Origin: Vitrella brassicaformis CCMP3155
Lineage: Eukaryota; Protista; Chromerida
Reading direction: 5' to 3'
Length of the DNA: 36,070 nt
NCBI GenBank assembly: GCA_001179505.1
Contig: CDMY01000654.1
Location: forward strand, 1-36,070
Under the pieces are notes generated by a model that saw only the letters and a list, made by a program, of their open reading frames with translations, was not told the origin of the DNA and made no database searches. The first letter of the stretch is position 1. Every line of letters begins with the position of its first letter. A program made the position numbers and the translations under genes. Positions 14,560 to 24,253 of the stretch are shown here, piece by piece.

Positions 14560-16778
14560 AATGCGAGCTCAAAGTGGCCCATGTGTGCATCTGTTCGCGC
14601 CCTTTCTGATGCGGACAAGTCACGTCTGTATGTGTGTGGGTTTCGTACGCTAATGGGGATTGACTGGGAGTGGTTTTCGAGTGCATTTCGTAAGGCTGTC
14701 GGTACAATACAACACATGCGTGTCTGGAGGCCTCGTGTGTTCCGGCGTGTGCATGTCCCATTGATGTTGAATGACGTGGCACCGTTTCGTCAGGCTGTAT
14801 TGTCGGTCACTCGCCTGCTACTCACTAATCTATCCACCTCCACTTCCATGTATCATGTTGAGGCTGCCTTTATCCCGTCGACGTGTCCATCTCTCACATC
14901 GCTCTACTACAATGCCAAGCGTGTGGCATCTCTTCCTATGCATGAAGTGTCGTGTCCATGCAGTCTGCCTGCATGTGGTGCGTTTCCCAAGCTAGATGGT
15001 CATGTGTGTGCGCGTCTTAGCCAGCCCCTCATGCGTGAGTTGCTTGGTGTGCCTCTTCATTGGAATCGAAACAGTACTTGCCTACCTTCTTTTTCCGCTA
15101 TCACCCGTCAGTTCACTCGTATCGTCACACGCATCTTTCGTCGTATCTCTCAGCCAGTGCCACCCACCTCTATTTTGGACCTCTGTGCGCATGCGTCTCT
15201 TAAGCCAGTGTACGATCGGTTAGTTCAGACAGGTCAGTATGTACGTATTCATGATGTGTTGCGTCATGCATCCACACTTCGTCGTTTTGTTGCTGCACTT
15301 TTAGATAAGAGCAAGGGAGATATGGTTTGGATGTGTCCACTCATGTACATGCACGCCAACTGGCGCATACACCTGGCCAGTCCATCATATGTGCTGTCCA
15401 CATGTAATGATGATGTGGTGCTCAATGACTTTTCACGTCTGCCTCATTTTCTTGACGGCCCTCGCATTGCCAAGCCTCGTGTGTCCCACACATGGGGCGT
15501 GGCTGTGTTTTGGCTGAAGATGAAGGCGTTTCGCGTAGGTTTGCATTCATGGGATGATATGAAATGGCGACCACTTAACTCATACTACAAGCATCGTTTT
15601 GCGCGTGTGTACAATGATGTCGGTCGCATTTTGAGTATGTGGAACGATTGGAGAGAGGATCACTTCTCCTGTATGCGCATTGGTTCACTTTTTGACGCCC
15701 TTGCATCTCACAATCGTTTCATTCATAGCCACGCTGTACTCAATGGCTGTGTGCTGTCATCGTCTACCGTGCATGTCCATGATATTGGTAATTTTTACCC
15801 TAGCTGCCCACGTGATGACTCACTTGATGCGTTGCGTGCGCTCCATGACTACACTATCGCCCACACCCGCTATCGTTTTGTCAATGTGCCTCGTGCTCCT
15901 GCCTGGCCGTCCATCCGTTCATCTTCGCGTCTCTATCCGGGTCTGTATGGCTTTATGCGCCGTACTACCAGCACTCGTGTCAAACCCTTCTTCAGCACTA
16001 ACTGTAATTACTTTTCGTGTCGTACTTACACATTAGAGGATGTCCTTGATGTTGTGAAGCATGACTTGGCTTATAGTTACACATCGCTCAGTGGTCTGTT
16101 GCTGTATCAGCGTGAAGGGTTTGCACAGGGCAGTCAGCTCAGTCCAGGCCTAGCCAACATATTCGCTGCTCATCGTGAGCGACAATTTATCAATGGTCTA
16201 TCGTCGGATGAGCGTGAGGCTTTTCGGTTCTGTTTCGTACGTAGATGGATGGACGATCGTCTGCTGGTCGTGCCACCACATGCGTGTCTGCCTGCCCGCC
16301 TGCATGATGCGTTGAATGCAGTTGTCGATCGCTTGCTGGTACCCACTTTCTATCATGACAAATGTGTGTTAGAGAAGGATGAGTCAGGTGCGTATGTTGG
16401 CTGCGATGTGCACACTGATGCGACACAAGTCACTCTCTCACAACACAACCCTAATGCCCACTTGCTTACTCCCTATTCCTCTCACACTGTATTGCCTTTC
16501 ATTCGTTATGTTCATGCATGGTCGTCAATGTCTGCTGGTCGCAAGGCCCATCTCGTCTATAGCCACTTGCTACGTGTGCTCGATTACACGATGAAAGAAA
16601 AGGAGTGTCTGCTGCCGGCGCGGTTGCGTGACTGTCTTCATGAGTTGCGCTTGTTTGGGTATTCAGACAGGATGCTATCTCGTCAGCTATATCGTATCCT
16701 TCGCTTCTTCCCGTTTCTATCTTCTCTCGTAGAACTTGCTTCGTTCTTCTGATCGTGTCTGTTGTGTATCGCCGCATC
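14560..16778 (+). mobile_element. probable Penelope-like retroelement copy (5'-truncated or endonuclease-deficient)
   Basis: RT ORF lacking introns in an intron-dense region, visibly T-richer than neighbouring exons (not computed). Boundaries are approximate; an 8-bp direct repeat CCGCGAGA at 14552-14559 and 16779-16786 is a weak TSD candidate. Confidence 0.6.
14581..16752 (+). CDS. intronless reverse transcriptase, Penelope-like element (PLE)/TERT group, no recognisable endonuclease
   Basis: One uninterrupted frame. Motifs: CPC...DGHVC (14953-15009), DKSKG..WMCP..Y (from 15304), K.K...KWRPL, motif A VHDIGNFYPSCP (D at 15781), motif B' QREGFAQGSQLSPGLANI (16108-16161), motif C RRWMDDRLLV (WMDD 16246-16257), and a PLE-like thumb YVHAWSSMSAGRKAHLVYSHLLR...ELRLFGYSDRML. 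The start is uncertain (ATG 14581 or 14653). Confidence 0.85.
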   Translation: MCASVRALSDADKSRLYVCGFRTLMGIDWEWFSSAFRKAVGTIQHMRVWRPRVFRRVHVPLMLNDVAPFRQAVLSVTRLLLTNLSTSTSMYHVEAAFIPSTCPSLTSLYYNAKRVASLPMHEVSCPCSLPACGAFPKLDGHVCARLSQPLMRELLGVPLHWNRNSTCLPSFSAITRQFTRIVTRIFRRISQPVPPTSILDLCAHASLKPVYDRLVQTGQYVRIHDVLRHASTLRRFVAALLDKSKGDMVWMCPLMYMHANWRIHLASPSYVLSTCNDDVVLNDFSRLPHFLDGPRIAKPRVSHTWGVAVFWLKMKAFRVGLHSWDDMKWRPLNSYYKHRFARVYNDVGRILSMWNDWREDHFSCMRIGSLFDALASHNRFIHSHAVLNGCVLSSSTVHVHDIGNFYPSCPRDDSLDALRALHDYTIAHTRYRFVNVPRAPAWPSIRSSSRLYPGLYGFMRRTTSTRVKPFFSTNCNYFSCRTYTLEDVLDVVKHDLAYSYTSLSGLLLYQREGFAQGSQLSPGLANIFAAHRERQFINGLSSDEREAFRFCFVRRWMDDRLLVVPPHACLPARLHDALNAVVDRLLVPTFYHDKCVLEKDESGAYVGCDVHTDATQVTLSQHNPNAHLLTPYSSHTVLPFIRYVHAWSSMSAGRKAHLVYSHLLRVLDYTMKEKECLLPARLRDCLHELRLFGYSDRMLSRQLYRILRFFPFLSSLVELASFF

Positions 16779-17092
16779 CCGCGAGACTAATACCGCTGCG
16801 GTCAGCTGCCTTGACTCTTTTGCATGCTCAGCCAGTAGGCGTTTGCGATCTCATTCTTGGCAGACTTTGATACTCAATGGACGTGTGAGCGGTGTGAAGC
16901 ACGTCAAACTCACAGATCTTGATGGAGGATGGGATTGAACTGAACGCATCGCCTTTGCGCCACGGGTGAGTGGTGCACACAGGACACAGATCTGCCGACT
17001 TGCAGCTCGTTATGTGCTGATCTGCCCTCTGCTTGTTGCAGGTTTGGCTGCTGGCTGAAGCGAACCCAATAGCATACGATGATGCCGCCTGG

Positions 17093-18189
17093 ATGACGGC
17101 ATCTGCGCAGCGATACTCCTCTAGGCGCTCTCGAGCGTTGCCGTCGTCAGTCGCGTTGATGGTGGCTCCTCTGGCCGCATTCATCTCTGCTGATGCAGCT
17201 GCTTTCCTTCCATCCAGCCACTGCCTTCTCGGGGCTTCCGGGCAAAGGCAGACAGGCGTCATCATGCGGAGGAGAGATTTCCCTCCAGTGCTGCAAGCAC
17301 TTGTGCCGACGCAGGAGAGTCCAACGGGTCAGGATGACGTCAACGTGGGTGTGGAGCAGCTCGTGCGGCGGGGCATGAGCCGCTTCGCTGAGGGCAGGGT
17401 GCAGGATTCGCTGAAGGACTTCAACACGGCCATGGAGAGGAGGTGCGACGGGACAAACACAACATGGATGATCGATGCCATGTGTCGTGTTGTGTTGTGT
17501 TGTGTTCTGTCTGTCTGTCTGTCTGTCTGTCATTCATCGGCAGGCCTTCGTTGTCTCCCTTCTTGTGGCAGCGTGGGATTTCGTTATATTATGTGGGGGA
17601 CTATGCCGAGGCGGCGGCACAGTTCAGGCGGGACGTGTCGGTCAACCCGAGCGACACAGAGGAGGTATGCAACCGTCGTCATGCTGGTTGGAGAGATGAA
17701 GAGGTGATGTGTGTGGTGTAGGCCATATGGGCCTTCTTATCTGAGAGCCGGCTATACGGTGACAGCCCGACCACTCACCGACAAGTCCTTGTGGCACCAA
17801 TGGCTCTTTCAGGTACTGACAAGGCCCGAGAGTCCCTTCTCACCATAAATGGTGAAAGGCGGCCGCTCCTGCAGCTGGTCTACGAGTCGCTGCGGGATGG
17901 CGGGGATTCACCGCGGCTCGACCAGCTGAAACGCATTGCAGACACGCAGAGGGGCGGGGCGTCATTCTACGCCTCGCTGTACCTTGGGCTGCTATACGAG
18001 GCGATGGGCGACGTGGGCGAATCGCGCCGGTGGATTGTGAGGGCCGCCGAGTCGCCGTATGCGAGTGAGAAGAAGGGGGCAGAGTGAGGATGGGCACGTA
18101 CACGGCTCTGGTGTGTGTGTGTTGCAGGTTCCGGTGACTACATGGGCGCGGTGGCGAAGGTGCACCGGATGGCACGGGGATGGTGGTGA
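17093..18189 (+). CDS. TPR-like protein of a plant/cyanobacterial family (NlpI-like repeats), possibly plastid-targeted; multi-exon
   Basis: Spliced product: VRRGMSRFAEGRVQDSLKDFNTAMER / PSLSPFLWQRGISLYYVGDYAEAAAQFRRDVSVNPSDTEE / AIWAFLSESRLYG...FYASLYLGLLYEAMGD...RAAESPYA / SSGDYMGAVAKVHRMARGWW*. N-terminus has a hydrophobic stretch ending ADAAAF-LP. The start codon is uncertain. Confidence 0.75.
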
Positions 18190-18341
18190 TGGAATGAGAT
18201 GCGGGCGATGCAGCCGATGGATGACGTCGTGTGCAGTTAGTCGGCCGATGAGCTGAGGTTTGTTGTTTGAAGATGCATGGGGGTGGATTGCATTCATGGG
18301 TAGAGAGAGAGACATGGGTTTGTGTGTCATATGATCGATCA

Positions 18342-19630
18342 TCAAGGCGATTGCGCGGGCGGACAAGATGAAGACACTCTCGTCAAATATAAAACGTAGG
18401 CAACGATAGACTCCTGCCTTCCCCTCCTACCTCCCCTCTCAAACCACCACCACCACCACGCACGCGTATCCTTGGCCTCTTCCTCATTCTCGTCGTCATC
18501 ATCGACAACGAAGCCCGGGAGGGTGGGGCTGGGGGGATGGTGGGGGTACTGGGGAGGGGTCTGGAACGGATTGCCGTTGGCCGTGGGCATCATGGTCTGG
18601 TTGGGGGGTGTGCGGAACCCGCTCTCCTCGTCGAGCTCGTCATCGTCAATAATGCCCGAGTTGCCCATTCCCTGCCCCTCCCCAGCCCCCTTGCCGTCCT
18701 CACCATTCTCGTGCTCATCTCTATCGCGGCCGGGGCTTCCCGGGGGCGTCACGTCGGGGATGGCGACGCTACCAGCACCTGCTTGGCCACCTGCTTGGCC
18801 ACCATCACCACCGGCATCTCTCCCGCTCTCTGTGTTGGGCGGCGGTGTCTCGTCACCCAGGCGGCTCGACAGACGTACCCGCTCTAGACGTGTCTGTGTG
18901 GACAAACAGTATCCATGAAGCGTCTTTTGTCTGTCATCCGTGGTCAACTGGTGGTGTCTATACCTTGTAGTGGTCCTCTAGAATGCGCGGGTCGTCGCCA
19001 TCGATGACAACCCCGACGACACTGTCTCTCTCCCGCACTGCGAAGTTGCACTGGCCGTTGAATGCCGTCTCACAGACGTCGGGTTGCTCGTCGTACCGGC
19101 AGGTGAGACAGCACACGAGCCCAACCTGAGAAGGCCAAGACACACAGGGTGATCCATCCATCCAATACAGAACTACCAAGATAAACCTTGATGCATGCGT
19201 CCGTACCCCCACTATGTCGTCGCACCGCGCCCTCCCCGCAGCGACACCACGACGTATGGCGGCGAGGACGTCTTTGAAGTTGGAGTTGAGTGTGGCTGCG
19301 ATTGTGAGCGGATAGAAACTCAGTTCCAGGGCCACCACCCCCTGCCTGTGTCTGTCCTCGATGGCCTCCGCAACCACGCGCTCAAGCACCTCCACCGAGT
19401 CTGCACATATTCATGAATAAGTCACGCCACACAGAATGACATACACAATAGGACGCAAACCCAGGGCTGGTTCGTGTGTGTGTGTGTGTGGACTGTGCGC
19501 ACCGAGTATTTTCGCGATGCGATCAAACACCTCCCTGATGGTCTCGGTTTCCCTGTTGGTTTCGGTTTGGGGGTAGGCCTTGCTTGCCACCACCACCGCA
19601 CTGGCCTTGGCCTCGCGCAACTCGTCGGCT
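18342..19630 (-). pseudogene. ADA-like copy D: 5'-truncated, internally deleted adenosine-deaminase-fold gene fused downstream of copy C
   Basis: Exons TETNRETETIREVFDRIAKIL / DSVEVLERVVAEAIEDRHRQGVVALELSFYP... / VGLVCC...VVGVVIDGD / TRLERVR, then a jump into an acidic tail homologous to 26460-26760 of the plus copy. Near-identical to 23202-23855. Confidence 0.7.
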
Positions 19631-19669
19631 GCACACACAGACACACACACAGACACAGCTCCCATTTCC

Positions 19670-20794
19670 TCACCTACCGTCTGTGTGCTGCTTGGGCCGA
19701 TCTGGGTCCCCTCGTTGTGCAGCTGCCACCATCCGTCGAGCAGGAGAGACAAGGCACGGTCTTCGAATATAAAACGTAGACAGCGATCTGCAAAGAAGAG
19801 ACATAAGCTGAGGCACTCTCGCCTGGCACACTGACGCCCTGTTCGTCTACCTGGAATGCGTCGACAAACGACACGGGCGCATTCCAGGTAGACGACGAAT
19901 TCCACCATCTCGGTGAACTGGTGGTGGCCAGCACACAGATACGTGCAACAAACCAAACCAACCTACACACACAAGACACACAAAGAGAGAGAAGTTGGTA
20001 CATGCGTGAATGTGTGTGTATGTGTATGTGTACCTCTATTTCATGGTTACATCGCCCTCGCCCTTCCTCCACACCCCTCTGGATGGCATCCAGGATGTCC
20101 GCCGCGGAATGGTCGTAGACACCGGTGAAATACGTGGGGCAGAAGCGGAGCTCCAGTGCCGTCACGCCATCCCTGTAGCGGTCCTCGATAGCCTCGGCCG
20201 TCACCTCCTGCACGACCTCCGGCGTATCTGCAGTATTAGATGCATGAATGCAGGCAGGGAAAAGGCATGGAGACAGGCGCTTAGTCTGGGAGGTAATATA
20301 TATCTGTTGGCATATGTAATGAGCTCGTGTGCTTACCAAAGATGTCCGATAGGCGCCCGAGCTGGGCCCGGCAGCCGGGTCTTGTGCGTGTTCTTCACGT
20401 CCACGGTGAAGTAGTCCACCTGGTCCCTCTCGTTGTCTGGCAGAGGCAGCCCCAGCCGCCTGTAGTGTCTGATCAAACGCAGAGAGAGGGACAGAAAGGC
20501 AATAAGCAGAGCCTCTCCCAAGTGCATTTGTGTGCAACCGCACCGTACCGTATGGCCGTCTCGGGTCTCACGGAGCCCTCGAGGTTGCAGTGCAAGTCGG
20601 CCTTGGGGAGCCTTTTGAACCTGACAGAATGCCAGAGCACACAGACGTACAGCCAGGGAGTTGCATGCACCGTTTGTTGCATTTGGTCAGCATCCAATTG
20701 TCGCATGACAGCTGTACCAGGCAGATTGAGGGTCTTCCTCCTCAGCTTCTTCCAGTTCTCCCTCGTCAAAGATGATCCCTGGTCTCTCCTCCAT
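19670..20794 (-). pseudogene. ADA-like copy C (5' half of an ADA-fold gene with a +1 frameshift)
   Basis: ATG 20794 MEERPG...QSAW / FKRLPKADLHCNLEGSVRPETAIR / HYRRLGLPLPDNE... / DTPEVVQEVTAEAIEDRYRDGVTALELRFCP, matching ADA motifs LPKxELHxHLxGS and ExxEDxxxDGVxYxELRFxP. One extra nt in exon 3 (near 20380) relative to copy B shifts the frame and gives TG|A at the splice junction. Confidence 0.72.
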
Positions 20795-20900
20795 CGCTTG
20801 GGCCAGCGACAGCGTCACAGAGCGACTCAACACGGAGCACTACTTTGAATCTTCCAGTTCTCCCTCTTGTAGAATATGCTGTGTAAGTCAGATTCCTCAC

Positions 20901-22370
20901 CACTCTACCGCCAGGGCTGGGGACCTCGAAGTCCATCGTGAAGTGCTCAGCGAGCAGATGGCTTTTGGCCTCCTCGGAGATGAAGGAGTTGCAGATGCTC
21001 TCCCGGCAGAGCCCAACCAGCTGCCAGGCCGTTAAGCCTTCATGCAGGTGGAGGTTCCGGTAGGCAGCGGGCAGGTCCACGGCCAGCATGGCCGAAGCGT
21101 GCTGCTTGGGGCGATCTTGGTCTCCTCGTTGTGCAGCTGCTACCATCCGTCGAGCAGGAGAGACAAGACACGGTCTTCGAATATAAAACGTAGACAGCGA
21201 TCTGCAGAGAAGAGACATAAGCTGAGGCACTCTTGCCTGGCACACTGACGCCCTGTTCGTCTACCTGGAATGCGTCGACAAACGACACGGGGCGCATTCC
21301 AGGTAGACGACGAATTCCACCATCTCCGTGAACTGCTGGTGGCCAGCACACAGACACGTGCAACAAGCCAAACCAACCTACACACACAAGACACACAAAG
21401 AGAGAGAAGTTGGTACATGCGTGAATGTGTGTGTATGTGTATGTGTACCTCTATTTCATGGTTACATCGCCCTCGCCCTTCCTCCACACCCCTCTGGATG
21501 GCCTCCAGGATGTCCGCGCGCGGAATGGTCGTAGACACCGGTGAAATACGTGGGGCAGAAGTGGAGCTCCAGTGCCGTCACGCCATCCCTGTAGCGGTCC
21601 TCGATAGCCTCGGCCGTCACCTCCTGCACGACCTCCGGCGTATCTGCAGTATTAGATGCATGAATGCAGGCAGGGAAAAGGCATGGAGACAGGCGCTCAG
21701 TCTGGGAGGTAATATATATCTGTTGGCATATGTAATGAGCTCGTGTATTTACCGAATATGGTCGATATGCGGCTGAGAGGAGCCTGGCAGTCGGGCTCGA
21801 TCGTGTTGCGGACATCGGCGGTGAAGTAGTCCACCTGGCCCCTCTCGTTTTCCGGAAGAGGCAGCTCCTCCACGTCGGCAGGTGGAGCTGTCTCTTGCTC
21901 CTGCTCCTGCTGCAGCAGCAGCAGCTGCTGCAAATCAGAAGAGAAGAAACAAAAGCGAGATGTTTCTCACTATTTCCGTGGGCAATGTGCGGTGTTTATA
22001 TGCACCTGTCTCTCGTCCTTGGCCTCCCAGTCTGCCCCAGGACGGTTGCGATGGAGCCAGGGCAGGCCCACGCTCCTCCAGCTGAATGTATGAAAGACAA
22101 AAGAGGCAAAGGGCACCAGAAAGCGACTTATTCAAGGATAAATGCAATGTGTGTCTCCCCGATTAGGGCGTTTGCGTGTGTTCCTGAGTCCTGAGCATAC
22201 CTGGGCTCGTCTGTGTGCGCCATGGACCTGTGCACGACGGAAGAGAAAGCACATCGATGACATTCAGAACAATGCTACTCATGCAATGCTCAGACGTACC
22301 AGTTGATGTCCATTTCATTCTCGGCGTCCTGGCTGGCTCTCGGCTTCCGTGCCCTCCAACTGATCCTCCG
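20901..22370 (-). pseudogene. ADA-like copy B with multiple lesions
   Basis: Near-identical to copy C over about 21105-21760, offset 1414-1416 bp, introns included. It carries +1 insertions (near 21515 and 21290), TGG>TAG (near 21140) and a -1 near 21090. It retains the ADA C-terminal helix region YRNLHLHEGLTAWQLVGLCRESICNSFISEEAKSHLL. The 5' limit is approximate. Confidence 0.72.
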
Positions 22371-22382
22371 AGTCGCTGCTCA

Positions 22383-22611
22383 TCACCTAAGTCTTTGGGA
22401 GTCCTCTGAACCTGAAGTCACATACAATACATACGACGCAACGTGGGAATGCCGTCCATGAGAGAAGCTCTTCAATGGTGGCGTACCGCTCTCTGTCGTG
22501 TGCAGCGCCGGCCTCATCCGCCTGTGCAGGCTGAGCTCCTTCCTCCACTGCAATGCCGCCGTCTGGCGTCTCCTCTGCCCCCCGTTCCTCACCCTCTGTC
22601 GAGTCTAACAT
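22383..22611 (-). pseudogene. ADA-like 5' fragment (exon 1, intron 1, start of exon 2)
   Basis: MLDSTEGEE...AGAAHDRER|intron|FRGLPKT*; homologous to 24720-24930 of the plus copy; stops at the LPK motif. Confidence 0.65.
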
Positions 22612-22667
22612 CGGTCCTCTGTCGTTTCCAAGCTATCTCCTTTGTTTATCTTTCGCCCTGTCTCAAA

Positions 22668-22911
22668 GCAGACACCTCTACCTTCGGAAGTTCTCTGAAC
22701 CTGGAGATTTGAATTCACATACAATACATACGACGCAACGTGGGAATGCCCTCCATGAGAGAAGCTCTTCAATGGCGGCGTACCGCTCTCTGTCTTCCGC
22801 ACCGCCGGCTTCACCTGCCTCTGCAGGCTGTGCTGCGTTCGCCATTGCAATGCCGCCCTCTGGCGGCTGGCCTCCCGCTGGCCCCCGTCTCTCCTCACCG
22901 ATGTCGCTCAT
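22668..22911 (-). pseudogene. ADA-like 5' fragment (second tandem copy, 297 bp offset)
   Basis: MSDIGEE...AGGAEDRER|intron|FRELPKVEV, then it breaks into the 5' flank of the next unit. Confidence 0.65.
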
Positions 22912-22949
22912 CACCTCTGTCGACACACTTTTTGTGTTTTTTTCACCCG

Positions 22950-24231
22950 TCTGATCACAATCATGGCCGGCAGCGTGCTGCTGAGGGTGAGGTTGGTCCC
23001 CTCGGCGTACAGCTGCCGCCATCCGGCGACCAGTGGCTCCGCGAGGCTGCAATGGACCGGAACGCCTCTCTCCCTGGCCCAGTCCACAGCGGCGGGCATC
23101 TCACGACAGCCTGTCAGCCGGTTGGGGCCGGTGGTGTTGAGCAGCTGCTCGACGTTGCCCGGCTGCGATGAGAGGCTCAAGGCAATCTTGACGCCGGCTG
23201 CACGTACCCGCTCCAGACGTGTCTGTGTGGACAAACAGTATCCATGAAGCGTCTTTTGTCTGTCATCCGTGGTCAACTGGTGGTGTCTATACCTTGTAGT
23301 GGTCCTCCAGAATGCGCGGGTCGTCGCCATCGCTGACAACCCCGAAGACACTGTCTCCCTTGCGAAGTTGCACTGGCCGTTGAATGCCGTCTCACAGACG
23401 TCGGGTTGCTGGCAGTAACGGCATGTGAGACAGCACACGAGCCCAACCTGAGAAGGCGAAGACACACACGGTGATCCATCCATCCAAGGCAGAACTACCA
23501 AGATAAACCTTGATGCAATGCGTACGTGCCTCCACTTTGTCGTCGCACCGCGCCTCCCCTTTGAAGTTGGAGTTGAGTGTGGCTGTGATTGTGAGTGGAT
23601 AGAAACTCAGTTCCAGGGCCACCACCGACTGCCTGTGTCTGTCCTCGATGGCCTCCGCCACCACGCGCTCAAGCACCTCCACCGAGTCTGCACATATTCA
23701 TGAATGTGTCACGCCACACAGAATGACATACACAATAGGACGCAAACCCAGGGCTGGTTCGTGTGTGTGTGTGTGTGTGGACTGTGCGCACCGAGTATCT
23801 TCGCGATGAGATCAAACACCTCCCTGATGGTCTCGGTTTCCCTGTTGGTTTCGGTGAAATACTTGTGCTGCTCGTCGTCGCCCTCTGGCAACGGCAGGCC
23901 TCGTTTCTTGTACTCTCTGTATGTACAACGAGGACAGACATGGAGAATCTCTCAATTGGTGCTGTATGATTGCTCTCACTCGATGGCCGTCTCAGGTCGA
24001 ACGGCGCCCTCCAGCTGGCAATGGTCAGCCTTCGGTAAGTTCCTGTACCTGCATCGACGGACACAGATATCATTGCAGCGCAAAGCGTGTGGAAAGCATG
24101 CAGTGAGCGAGTGACTGAACGTACCAGTCGTCGCTGATGTCATATCTCCCAGCCCCTGCAACAGTGCCGCCCGAGGTGCCGCCGTCTGGCCTTGCCTCTG
24201 GCCCCCTTCGCTCACCCTCTGTGCCCTCCAT
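22950..24231 (-). pseudogene. ADA-like copy A: most complete minus-strand copy, frameshifted and 3'-truncated
   Basis: ATG 24231 MEGTEG...YDISDDW / YRNLPKADHCQLEGAVRPETAIE / ...GLPLPEGDDEQHKYFTE... / EVLERVVAEAIEDR / VGLVCC / TRLERVRAAGVKIALSLSSQ...PNRLTGC...GWRQLYAEGTNLTLSSTLPAM. Relative to copy D it has a 36-nt in-frame deletion (near 23560) and a 7-nt frameshifting deletion (near 23360). Confidence 0.72.
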
Positions 24232-24253
24232 GATCTCTTTGTCTTCTCTCACT

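Noticed and set aside
14380-14580. N-terminal extension of the 790-aa ORF overlapping HIP exon 1 on the opposite strand
   Set aside because: It begins at a non-ATG codon inside the HIP first intron and crosses the HIP promoter. It has no RT-like content and is probably a chance open frame.
16440-16460. AACCCTAA inside the RT as a telomere template
   Set aside because: It is a single unit within coding sequence (HNPN) and expected by chance.
11793-16752. Functional link between HIP (Hsp70 co-chaperone) and the adjacent RT, since some RTs need Hsp70/Hsp90
   Set aside because: Adjacency alone, in a single locus, is no evidence; a random insertion explains it.
14423-17092. Hammerhead ribozyme or pseudo-LTR around the PLE-like RT (common in PLEs)
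   Set aside because: By eye I found no CUGANGA...GAAA core on either strand near the ends and no terminal repeat of the 3' end. A covariance-model search is needed to exclude variants.
22383-22911. CRISPR-like or prokaryotic repeat-spacer array
   Set aside because: The repeats are duplicated exon/intron fragments of a eukaryotic gene. No CRISPR array, rRNA or tRNA gene was recognised anywhere in the window.
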